Shown: piece by piece, positions 1 through 11,359 of the stretch
Position numbering within the stretch: the stretch's first letter is position 1
How the letters are laid out: each line of letters starts with the position of its first letter
Source of the DNA: Lama glama
Lineage: Eukaryota
Length of the DNA: 64,000 nt
NCBI GenBank assembly: GCA_028534125.1
Contig: CM052850.1
Location: forward strand, 14,632,001 to 14,696,000
Reading direction: 5' to 3'
Notes under the pieces: generated by a model
What the model was told of the DNA's origin: nothing
Databases searched by the model: none
What the model saw: only the letters and a program-made list of their open reading frames with translations
Translations under genes and position numbers: made by a program

Positions 1-289
1 ATACACTTCCCTTCAATTCTATACCCAGCTTGAGAAATAAGTCATCAAGAACCACAATGCTTTGTTGAGTCAGTTGTCTGGAGTGCTACCAAATTCTCCT
101 TGGGTGGCGGAAGTTTATGATGCTACAGACCACGTCCAGATGGGCAATTACAGGTAAACAAAGGAGGCAGAGAGGCCAGCTTCATCCAACTCCGGAGAGC
201 TGTCAGAGGAGCTGACCAAGCTCTTTCCAAGCTGGAGCTTTCCCTGGTGGGCCTGACCATGCTCACCACTTTCAAGCCACTGGAATTGC

Positions 290-980
290 TCCCTTGATAC
301 TGCAATATCCTCTCAACTGGTTTCCCGGTTTCTGTCTTTTTATCTGATCTTATGTTCCTCATGGCAAAGTGATTTTTTCCCTTTTTTATTAGAAGTCAGT
401 TTAGGGCACTCCACCACACAAAACCCTCCAATGGCTTCCCATTTCCTTCTGAGCAGATGCCAAAGGCTTTACGGTCACCTATAAGACCCCAAGTGTCTTA
501 GCTCCCATTATCTCTCTGACCTCATTTTCAATTTTTCTGTCCCTCCCTTGCTCTGCTCCAATCAGACCAGTGTCCCTGTGGATCCTCAGACATTCCAGAG
601 CCTTTGAATTGGTGGCTCAGTTTTGCCAAAATTACTCTTTCTCTACCTCTATCTTAGAAAACTGCATAATTAACACCTCACCCCTTTCAAGCTTGCTCTG
701 ACCACACTCTATAAAGTCGAAGCACTCTTCCTTCCCTAGGACATTACTGATGACTCTTCTTGCAATGTTTCTGTCTGTAGTACTTTTTACTAGCTGACAC
801 ACATACATATTTTACTGGTTGATTGTTTTATTGTCTATGTCTTCCCTGTAGACTGCATGTTCCAGGAGGGTAGGATTATTCATGTTTTGTTTACTACCGT
901 ATTTCCAGTGCCCAGAGCAGTGCCTGGCACATAGTAAGCAATAGCTTTTGAATGTACACAAGACATTGAACAGATTAATT
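290..980 (+). mobile_element. L2 LINE 3' fragment
   Basis: Typical L2 segments 'aaaccctccaatggcttcccattt' and 3' end 'ccagtgcccagagcagtgcctggcacatagtaagc'. Confidence 0.85.
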
Positions 981-1059
981 AAAGTGTCTGCCATACACAC
1001 AAGCCCCTTTTCAATAGAAAAAGCATTATCCATTGTCCTTACCGCGATAAGCCTTTGCT

Positions 1060-1520
1060 TCTTTAGAAGTGGCCATGTTCTGCACCACAAAACTGCATTT
1101 TATCCTCCTGTACTTCTATCATAGTTGATTGGACCAGGGGTGGGCACATGACTCAAGGGCAAACACCCACAGACTGCTCATTGGCCTGGATGGAAAGTGC
1201 TAACCTAACAAAGATGACAATGATTATCTAGGTCTAGTAGAGTCTTTCTCCTAAGGATCTGGAGTAGGAAATAAGAGAAAAATTCTTCAGATGGAGAAGA
1301 GAAGGAATACAAAGAGGGGGAAAAGTGACTTTCATGAACATCAGTGACTCAGATTCGAGGGCAAAGAACACTTGCTGATGAAGGAGTAATTCAGCCATGA
1401 GGATTTTCTAGTGTTCTCTGAGATTCCTGTCCTTCCTATTCTGTGTAACCTCACAATAAATCCCTCCAAACTGAAGTAATTGTAAGTGTCTTTTCCTTGC
1501 CTAAATCGAGCAATCTAAGA
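1060..1520 (+). mobile_element. Old MaLR (MLT1-type) solo LTR, degenerate
   Basis: 'tgattggaccaggggtgggcacatgactcaa' and an aataaa near the 3' end, both MLT1-like. Confidence 0.55.
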
Positions 1521-1779
1521 TTACCTTACTGTAGAGGAAGCCTGATTGCCAAAGTACTGCTCTAGTTTGTGTAAAACGGGTCTTCCAGATTAAAACTTCT
1601 TAATAATAATAATAATATTAATAATATGCAAAATTTATTGAGCACTAACTATACATCAAACGCGATGCTAACCACTTCATATATAAGCTAATAACATTAT
1701 AGATATGTACATTTGAGAATTCAGAAATCCATAATGTATTGCACAAATATCCAAGTTGCTGTTTTTTTATAACCAGTCT

Positions 1780-2700
1780 ACCAAAATGTCCTTCTAATTC
1801 ATTCCCCTGTTTGCATTCTTGTCCCGGGATACACTGTAGAAGAGACACATCAATGGAGGTAACTTTTAAAAGAGAACAATCAAGTCATACTAATCTGCTC
1901 AAAACCACTCAGGGGTTTCCCATCCCATTTAGAACTGAATGTAGGCTCCTTGGGCAGCCGGGGCTCCTGGTGGTCAAGCTCCTGCCTTCCTCCCTGCCTC
2001 CTCTCCTCCTAATCTTTCCTTGTTCTGTTATTTCAGTCACCCCACTTCTTCCAGCTCCTTAATTTTGCCTGAGTCCTCTTGCACCAACTGGTCCTTCTGG
2101 CTGGCTGCCTTCTCATGAATCAGGTATGAGGTCAAATGCCACCTTCTTAGAGAGACTTCTTAGTCACGCTCTAGACTGGCACGCACTATTCAGCACCGTA
2201 GTCATATTGTGGCTACTTAGCACTTGAGATGTGGTTACTCTGAGTTGAAATGAGCTGCAAATATAAAGGCAAAAAAATTTCTGACTTTCAAAGGCTTACT
2301 GTGAAAAAATAATACATCCTATCTCATTAACGTTGCATGATGAAGTGATGATGTTTAGCATACACTGGGTTAAATAAAACAATATTAAAATTTATTTCAC
2401 TTTTTAAATTTTTAAATGGAGCTACTAGAACACTTAAAAATACATATGGAGTTTAGATGACATATTTCTCCCGGACAGCCCTGATCTATGCCATTGCTCT
2501 GTTTATTTTCTTCTTAGCACTTACGACTCTGTGAAATTACTTTACTTGCGTATTTATTTTCTGACTCTATCACAAAAATGAAAGCTCCAGGAAAGCTGGG
2601 ACTTTGTTATGTTTGCAGCTATGTTTCAAGCCCTAAAATGGTGACTGGCAGATAGTGGATGCCAAATAAGATTCTTGGATGATTAATGAATAAAATAATG
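1780..2700 (+). mobile_element. L2 3' fragment interrupted by a MER33-like element
   Basis: 'ctgctcaaaaccactcaggggtttcccat', 'caaatgccaccttcttagagag'; resumes after ~2485 and ends 'gattaatgaataaa'. Confidence 0.75.
2175..2483. mobile_element. hAT-Charlie non-autonomous element (MER33/MER3-like)
   Basis: 'gtggctacttagcacttgagatgtgg'...'gctactagaacacttaaaaatacatatg'...'ggacagccctg'; similar to copies at 34157 and 35697. Confidence 0.8.
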
Positions 2701-2815
2701 GAGACTTTTTTCATCAGCTCTATGCTCTTTTCAGTGGACCCTGTTCTGTTGGGCCCAGATGTCTTGTGACTAACAAGAATTCTTTTTGTATTATGACATT
2801 ACTATTTATATAGAT

Positions 2816-3034
2816 CAGGAATCAGCAAACTTTTTCTGTAAAGGACAAAATAATGAACATTTGAGTTTTGCAGGACAGACTGTCACTGTCACAAATACTC
2901 AGACCTGCAGCTATAGAGGGAGTGCAGCCACAGACACCACAGGAGCAAACAGGAAAGTGGGGTCCCAGTAAGAGTTTATAGAAACAGATGATGGGCTGGA
3001 TTTGGCCCATGGACCAGTGGCTTGCTGGCCTCTG
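2816..3034. mobile_element. MER58A-like hAT-Charlie element
   Basis: 'caggaatcagcaaactttttctgtaaagg'...'ggatttggcccatggaccagtgg..gcctctg'. Confidence 0.85.
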
Positions 3035-3084
3035 ATGTAGACCGTCCAAAGATAACATTTTGACCACGAGAACTTTTGAATGAA

Positions 3085-3234
3085 TATACACATATATATA
3101 TTCTCATATATATATATATGTACTCTCAGTATACATATATTTTTACTTTCATATATGTATATGTATATATATACATACTAGAGAGAGAGAGAGATCTATC
3201 TCTCTTTCTCTTTTTCTCTCTCTCTATCTATAGA
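3085..3234. repeat. Compound (TA)n / (GA)n-(TC)n microsatellite
   Basis: Directly visible. Confidence 0.9.
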
Positions 3235-6200
3235 GGGCACTTGTATTATACAGTGCCATGGGAAACACAGAACGTGTACAATAAATTCCCAATCTAGAAG
3301 TGCTTATATATTAGCTGTAGAAACCAGATATGTAAATACTTATATAAAATTCTTAGTAAATGTATAGATATTGAGGTCTTATCCAAAAAGCCATACATTA
3401 GGAGTCATGACTCTTCCTGGACCCTGGTATACTGAGAATATTGAATTGGCTATGGAAAAGCACAAGAACTTGGACCTTTGGCTAACAAAAGAAAGACACC
3501 CCTTTAACTTGAGTACTATAGAGAAAAAGACATTTTATTCTCCTAGGCAACAGTAGAAGAAGGCCGGAGTTCTCCTGTAATCTTTTAAAGAGACTGCGTC
3601 TTTGTGCAGACTGATGACACAGATGAAAACTCTCTGAGACGTTTAGCATAAAATGTTAAGTCTTCAAGAGGAATTCTCTCCTAAAACACACCTAAGTCTG
3701 ATCTTTTTTGCTTCCATAACGTCGATTTAATATTTCCTTACATAACATGGAGTAGGGAAGGCGAAACTAATGCCATTTGAATTTGACTGACTTAATGCAC
3801 TGGGTTCAGCCAGTAACAAGATTGTGATTTCAACATTTTACACTTAGATCTCAGAAAAGCCTGATGTGTCTTCAAATTCTTCAACATTTAATTTTCTAAT
3901 GGTTTCTAATGAATATGAGCACTTTTCAGAAAATCTCCGAAGAGCAGGTAAGATCCCACTATTTTAGAGCCAACAGTCCATTTCATAATCTTACTGAATT
4001 TGTCACCTAATTATTGAATATTTTCACCTATCTCTCAGGTAAGATCTTGCTCGACCAAGTGGTTTCAGGCTCCTGGACACGCTCTTTCCCTTAGTTAGGA
4101 GGACGGGAGGGAGAAGAGAGAGGATCTACAGCTTAAAGCCAACCTTGCTGTTAGCCAGATTCGCTTTCATTGTCTATTAATGTGCAAGGCCTCTCTCTCT
4201 CTCTGCCTTCCTCTCCAAGTTGCTCTCTTTTATTATCCATCTCACTGCTGATGCAGCATCACTCGGGCGGTTTTTCCAGGAAAAGAAAGGTGATTACCAG
4301 CTGAATGACAATTGGGTTAAACAAGTCCGCACTGGAGAGCCAGCTGCTGAAATCTGACATTATAACTACCACTTACAGTGGCGTTTCTAGAAAGGAGCTT
4401 ACATAGAATCATTGAACTCACATCCTTTACTGCGTGTCTATGCAAAAAGGACAAGGGGATGAAAAGTGGGGAAGAGGGAGAGACGAATGAGTAATAACAT
4501 CTGTACGGTGTGTTACAGTTTTCACAACACTGAGTGTACACTGTCATATGTGATTTGGATAAAATACTGTCAGAGGTACCCCTGTTCATATATGTGTCAC
4601 TTCCATATATAATCATCACGTTATGTAATATATTCTCTGTTAGAATGGCCAAAATGGGAGATTAAGATGGAAACTCAATGGACAAAAGACAGAGAATAGT
4701 AACTATGATTTAAGGCAAGTGACGTGCACAAAAGACTAGTTTGTGGGCAGCTGGGACCAGGACTAAGGATGTCGCATCTGAGTCTCTGTCCCATAAACTT
4801 CTCTCCCTAGGATTTAGGACTCAACTCTGGGGGTAGAGAAAACTAGGCAGATCTGTGTTGAGTTGGCTAGAGAGGCAGGGATAGATGACACACAGCACTG
4901 AGAGACATATCCTTTATTCAGTGATTCTGCTTGCACGATAGGACCTAATTCTCTGAATGGCATGAATTCTAACCACACATTCTGTATTTTTGAAAAAATC
5001 AAGCTTGGAATTGTGAACCACAAGAATTTAAGAGTTCTGCCTCTCCACACTGATGCCTAATCACCATTTTGGACTTTGGCCAAAAAAAAAAAAAAAAAAA
5101 GGAAAGAGAAGTAGAGAAATCAGAAAGAGGAGGAAGGGGAGGAGAAAATGAAAGTGGAGGGTTTTCAGTTGTTAAAACCTGCTCAGAGTTTGGACAGCAG
5201 AATTACAGTTCCAAAGACAACCTAGGTTTCTCTTTTTCATTCCTGGTGCTCTTCTAGCTCAAATACTTACTTTCCCATTTTTATGTGTGTCCCCTCTTCC
5301 CCCACTGCTCCACACCCTGCTTTCTTCATCTGTTGCTTTTTTCTTCTGTTTGCCTGGTGTCCTTAGACCTGCCAAGGACCACACAGGTACTTTAATTCCC
5401 TTCCCAAACTACCCACTTCTCCTGTGCCTATTCTCCCCACCCCACTCCCAAGTTTTGGGATGGGGAGATGCAGTGGGGATGGGAGGTGATGGAATCACCC
5501 TAAGGTTTTCTTTTGAATTCCACGTTCATTTCCAGCTTGTACATCACAGGATTTGACTGGGTAAAGTTTCTAAGCACTGGACCATTTTGCTGTTTGGGAG
5601 TGAGAACTAGGGGGGACCTGAGAGAGAGGTCAGTAGCCTCCTTTTAAAATGAAAGAGGGGAAAAGCGATGCCTCGATTTCTCCCATTTCTCCTACAACCG
5701 ATGCAAAGTTCTCGTCCAAGAAAATAATCAGGCCCTTACAAGAAGCAATTTCAAATCTTCAGTGGGGCCTTTGTGTAGCTAGGTGAACAGCCATTAAGAG
5801 GTACATGGCCCGGCAGAGTCCTCCTCCTCCTCGCTCCAGTGGACCCAAGGGGCACACGTATAGTGGGAGGGGTGCAAATGAATGACATTAACATTACTTT
5901 CTTTGAGCATGGCAGGGAGGGGAGAAGCCTTGCGAACTGTAGCTTAATCTGGGAAATACTTCTCTTCTACTTTGAGTTTCAGGTGCGTGCTTCAGAGGCT
6001 AAGAGTTTCTAAGGACTACCTTAGGGGTGCTTGGTACACTCATAGAATAACAATTTTAGAAATTTGCTTTTTTAGTGATTCAGGAAAATCCTTAAAATTC
6101 ATGAAAATAAAACAGTACATAAGCGTTCAATTGTATTTTGCATGAACGTTAAGTGTTTACTTAAAAGCAAGCATTTACTGAGATCTTACTAGAAGCCAGA

Positions 6201-6376
6201 GTCAGTTCTAAATGCTAAAGATACAGATGTGAACAAAACGGCCCCTAGTTCACAGTGCTTGGTGGAGGATTTATTGGTAACATGAGGCGTGTGAGAGATG
6301 GAGTGTTATAAATTGACCTCAGTCAATTTGGTCGTCAACTAAAACAAACAAACAAACAAAGAAACAAACTCTTTAA

Positions 6377-6498
6377 ATGTATTAGTTCATTTAATCCTCA
6401 AAATAATCTCATGAGTCAGATCTTATTAGTCATTCAGTTTGACTGATGAGGAGGCTCAGAAGGACTCAGTAACTTGCACAAGGTCACAGTTAATAAGA
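6377..6498 (-). mobile_element. MIR SINE
   Basis: 'catttaatcctcaaaataatctcatgag...gatgaggaggctcagaagg..taacttgcacaaggtcacag'. Confidence 0.85.
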
Positions 6499-6499
6499 T

Positions 6500-7790
6500 G
6501 GGGAGAAACCAACAAAGGAGGCAGAGAAGCAGCAGCCAGTGGAAAAGGAAGACAGCCAGGACAGAGTGATATCATGAGGCTAAGAGAAGAGAGTGAGTCA
6601 TGAAGGCAGGAAAAATCTCGTGTCAAACACTTTCAGGTCAAGTTAAAATAATTTAGAGGCACGGCCGTTGGTGACCTTCCTAAGATGAGTTTTATTGGAA
6701 CAGAGTGATAAAAGCCTAATTGGAGTTGATTCAAGAAAAAAAAAAATGGGGAGAACAAAGTTGAGATAGAAAGTATAGGAAATCACTTCTGAGGCATTTT
6801 ATGTAGAGGGATGTTAAAAAAAAAGACAGTAAAGATGGAAGTGGCATGTTTGTATACCGTTAAGAATGACTAAATAGAGTGGCAAATTTTGATGACATAG
6901 GAGAGAGGGTAGAAAATGGAAGAGCAGCGTCATTTTGGAAGTTGACGGGTTGAAGTGTAACAGATCAGGACCCTGTGGGGCCTTCCAGGGTCAGACCCTT
7001 GCCCCATACCCTCTCCTGCAGCTCCTCTTCGAAGGACCCAGATGAAAGTATCTCCTGTATATTTCCTGAGTTTTTCAGATGCTAAAAACCGCCAACAAAA
7101 GGAAGAAATTAACTACTTCATGAGTGAGAGCACGTGGCCCTCAGACCTTCTGGCACCTTGGAGTTGACAGTGTTGACCACCCCGTTCCCTCAGCATCAGT
7201 GGATCAGAGGATTGTGCATGAGCTGATCACGCACCCTGCAACCCCTCTCCCTTACCTGGACTTTCAATATGCTTTGCTGAAACCTTTCAGGGAGTTCAGG
7301 GTTTTCTTGGGCATGAGCCACCCACATCCTTGCTCAGTCCTGCGATAAACCTTTCTCTGCTCCAGACTCCGACAATTCAGTTTGTTTAGCCTCATAGTGC
7401 GTCGGGCACATGAACTTGCCTTTGGTAACAGAAGTACAGATAATAAATGGAGATAAGGGTGGAGGATGTTTATTCATTTAATGGTTGGGGAAGCAGTTTT
7501 ACATAGGTACATAGGCAGATTGTTCGGTGTATTTAGTGGTGGCAATGTAGAAGTTCCTTCTCCTTTGATTGCTTCTATTTTCTCAGGGAAGTAAGAAGGC
7601 ATGCCATGAGTTGAGAACGAGGGGGAGAGAAATCTCAGTGGTTTAAGATGTGTGAAGGAGGCATGAAATATTAATTTAGAAGGCTGAACAGCAAACTGAC
7701 TAGGGAAATAGAGAAGGAGAGCTGAGTAACCCTAATGGTCTGCTTGAGGTTAGCGGTCATGACTTAAAGGGAAAGTATGATTTGAAATTG
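6500..7790 (-). mobile_element. L2 fragment interrupted by a solo LTR
   Basis: Purine-rich antisense L2 ('gaggcagagaagcagcagccagt', 'ttggtgaccttcc', 'ttgattgcttctattttctcag') on both sides of the LTR; homologous to the L2 at 48000-49680. Confidence 0.7.
6956..7430 (+). mobile_element. ERV1-class solo LTR, copy 1
   Basis: TG...CA termini (tgtaac...gtaaca), perfect 4-bp TSD GAAG (6952-6955/7431-7434), polyA-signal variant gataaa ~7344, clear homology to 10074-10520. Confidence 0.9.
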
Positions 7791-8949
7791 TAGGTCATGT
7801 TAAAAAGTGAAGCTTTGCCAAGAAACCAAGATGCAATACATGCAAAAAACCTAAATGTGGGGTGAGAACAAAATGCAGATTTTCAAAATCAGTGGCTGTA
7901 ATGTATGAGTGCTTTTGGTGGAACACATGTGACACAGAACAGAAAAGAACACCAGCTTGAAGACATTTTATGTCCTGCTCAAGACCACCTGGAAATGGCA
8001 ATGAGGCTTCAACAGAGAGATTCTGGGTGTGGAGTGAAGCAGGGGATGAGGGGAGAAAAGCCACCTTAAGGAGAGTCCTGTCAGAGTTATGGGAGCTGCA
8101 GCGAAAAATCCCATCCATGGAAGTACCACCTATAAAAAAATCCAAGAGACTGTCCTTCTTTGGGTGTCTGCCCGTAATGAGCCCTGAGACTGGAAGACAG
8201 CTGCACTGCCCCAGTCAAACTGGGGCTTTTTCCTTTATTTTCCTTTCCCTGGTTAAGATTGCAAGCATGAAGAAGGAGCAGGAGAGGCAACGCTAAGCAA
8301 GGAAAGAAAAAAGAAGGACCAGCCAACCCCTCTAGCTCTGGAAGCAGACAGTTATCAGGGGGCCAATGGTGGAGAGAAGATTTATCATAAAATAAAATTC
8401 GGAATTTAATGACATTCATGAACTGAGACTGTGTTTATGAACCACAGTAACCAAGGGCTCTCTGTTAGTAAGCATAAGAGTCATGGAACTGACCTTCACC
8501 CACCAAAACACACATACAGACACACAATTTTTTTTTAAAAAATCCAAGGTCAACGAGGAAAGATTCTCCTTACATAATAAATTTTAAAGTCAGAGTGAAA
8601 GGTCAAAACAAATGTATGATTTGTTTAATATGTTAGTCGTACAATTTTCACATCTTCTAACTTATTTTCTTACTCTTCCGTCAATGTAAAAAATGCTAAT
8701 TTACACGTACAGGTTACTGTGAAGAGTAAGTATATATTGGTGGTTCTGTCAATGAGTTCTAGATGCTCAGATCAAAGACCCAGAAATTGAGAGACTTTTT
8801 CATAACACGTGACAAATACTATGGTGATGGTGCAGAGCCCATCACACTAAAGACTGTTTCAGCCTTCATTGGACTCTGGAAAGTAGATCTTCCCATTATT
8901 ACTGAGACATTTTGATGTAGTTTTAAAATATTACACATTATCGTCAACT

Positions 8950-10855
8950 GATCCCTTTTTCAAGTGATAAAAAATTAAACAACAACCAAAAGTAAAATTC
9001 GGTTGATTGAAATGTTTGCACCACAGTTTGGCTTTCTCAAAAAATTGCTAATATCTTCACCTCAACATTTTAAAAATTTGAGTGTTTTCACCCAAAGTGA
9101 TGGGTACACACTTTATCACCACTTTGGACCACTTAGAACAAGCCATATACAGTCTTAGAAATGGTCTACACTGACATGCTGGAAAAAAAAATGCATATGG
9201 TTTGACCACATTCACAAATCACTGTTTCCTTCAAATGTGCGTTAGGATAATGAGTCACAGATGAAACAAGTAGTCTCTGGAAATAAGACTGTACGGATGG
9301 GCCTTGGCGGCATATCTGTTCTATTTACATACCTGCTTTTCTGCTAGAATTGATCACAGTGTATTATTTTCAGTTTATATCTCACCGAGTAATTAAAAAC
9401 ATTGTATTTCCTGTAACATGGCTCCCCAGTGATGTACAGAATTGTCCTCCTAATCCCTCTCTTTTACCAGATACGTGTCAGGAGCTGCTGCAGACTCTGC
9501 ACACCTGTCATTTCATCCACCTATGAAGCAAGATACCTGCCCCCAGACATAAACCATAGCATTTGCTCTTTCACTTTGTGTTCTGTAATGTCCAGATGGT
9601 GTCTTTTGATTTCAAAATTGCTAGTGCTTTATTCTGGGTTATCTCCCAGGAATCCCTTTGTCACTAATGTTGCACAAGTTTCACAGGAAGAGCATGACCT
9701 GAACCCATTCGGGGCGGGGGCACCGATCCCAGGGGTGTCACTTTGAATCATACTTGTGGCATGTTCTTCTTTTCCCTGTTGCTGATAACAAAAACGGTCC
9801 TTTTTTTTTTTTTTTTTTTACTGGAACATTGTTTAATTTTGTTCAAAGGGAAGACAATCACTTTACTAGAAAGATGACTATGCTTTGTCCTGCTGTGTTG
9901 CAAAAACTTCAATGACTTCGTGGTCCTGTTTGAGAATAATATGTGCAGTCCAGTAAGATCCAGTTTGGGCAAATTCATCTTCATACTTTGGGTTTGCCCT
10001 TTTATTCTGCAACCTCTTCAAAATAAGGTTATGGTACTCATAAATATATTTGTAACAGCATGTACTGAAGTCTTGTAACCGAGCAGGACCCTGTGGGGCC
10101 TTCCCAGGACAGACCTCTCCCCCATAACCTCTGCTGTTAAGTCATCTCTGATGACAATATCTCATGTACATTTCCTGAGTTTTTCAGATGCTAACAACTA
10201 CCACCAAAGGGAAGAAATGAGCTACTTGGTGATGGAGAGCACGTGGGCGCCTAGGGTTTGATAGTGTTGACCGCCCTGTTACTTTGATATCAACCAATCA
10301 GAGAATCGTGCACAAGCTGCTCATGTACCTGCGATCTGCTCCACCCCAACCCTTTCCTGGTCTTTAACTATGCTTTGCTGAAAACTTTCAGGGAGTTGGC
10401 TGTTTTCTTGGGCATGAGCCACCCCATCCTCCTTGCTTGACCCTCCAATAAACCTTTCTCTGATCCAAACTCCAGTGTTTCAGTTTATTCGTGGGGAACA
10501 CAAACTTGCCTTCAGTCACATTCTGATTCAAGTTTATCTAATTATGGCTTCTGGTATTCCTTATTCCTACTTTTATCCATCTTTGATGTTTCCAAAAGCC
10601 ACTCTTGAGGCTTCTGCCCATTTTTGAGAATTTTAAACACAATGCCTCATGAAAGAGTTGCAAATTTAACAGAAGTCAGCATTAACATGGAAACACAAAG
10701 ATGAAATGCTGGCTGAAAAGAACTGTACCCTGTTAACTGAATGTCAATGGGGTCGAACTTCCAAAGCAGTCCCTGAATGCATGTTCAGACTCTTTACAAA
10801 TAAATACATCTGTTTTAAGAATGCTACCACATTCTTTGAAAATCATTTTTTTCCC
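8950..10855 (-). mobile_element. Degenerate hAT (Charlie/Buster-type) transposase fossil
   Basis: Manual minus-strand translation: KRANPKYEDEFAQTG (like the RKY..EY...GF lead-in to the BED finger), SNFEIKRHHLDITEHKVKEQML (like LSNDTVKRRIDDMAEDVKEQL), RYLAS*VDEMTGVQSLQQLLTRIW (like YFALQLDESTDVxxxAQLLVYVRY, first catalytic D), YSLISRDYL (like HCxIHRExL), LKETVI/VNVVK; colinear with hAT transposases, many stops and frameshifts. Confidence 0.75.
10074..10520 (+). mobile_element. ERV1-class solo LTR, copy 2
   Basis: tgtaac...gtcaca termini, aataaa ~10448, 4-bp TSD gtct/ttct (1 mismatch), homologous along its length to 6956-7430. Confidence 0.9.
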
Positions 10856-11355
10856 NNNNNNNNNNNNNNNNNNNNNNNNNNNNNNNNNNNNNNNNNNNNN
10901 NNNNNNNNNNNNNNNNNNNNNNNNNNNNNNNNNNNNNNNNNNNNNNNNNNNNNNNNNNNNNNNNNNNNNNNNNNNNNNNNNNNNNNNNNNNNNNNNNNNN
11001 NNNNNNNNNNNNNNNNNNNNNNNNNNNNNNNNNNNNNNNNNNNNNNNNNNNNNNNNNNNNNNNNNNNNNNNNNNNNNNNNNNNNNNNNNNNNNNNNNNNN
11101 NNNNNNNNNNNNNNNNNNNNNNNNNNNNNNNNNNNNNNNNNNNNNNNNNNNNNNNNNNNNNNNNNNNNNNNNNNNNNNNNNNNNNNNNNNNNNNNNNNNN
11201 NNNNNNNNNNNNNNNNNNNNNNNNNNNNNNNNNNNNNNNNNNNNNNNNNNNNNNNNNNNNNNNNNNNNNNNNNNNNNNNNNNNNNNNNNNNNNNNNNNNN
11301 NNNNNNNNNNNNNNNNNNNNNNNNNNNNNNNNNNNNNNNNNNNNNNNNNNNNNNN
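10856..11355. other. Assembly gap (500 N)
   Basis: N run. Confidence 1.
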
Positions 11356-11359
11356 TACT

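Noticed and set aside
3611-3630. Other CTGATGA occurrences (e.g. 3611, 35023, 46388)
   Set aside because: Lack a pairing stem II followed by GAAA and a stem I, unlike 24316
8208-8231. 8-bp GC hairpin followed by T5, resembling an intrinsic terminator
   Set aside because: Mammalian context; isolated hairpins of this size arise by chance
6956-10520. Single provirus bounded by two LTRs
   Set aside because: Each LTR has its own TSD, and the interior is L2 and hAT sequence with no retroviral genes
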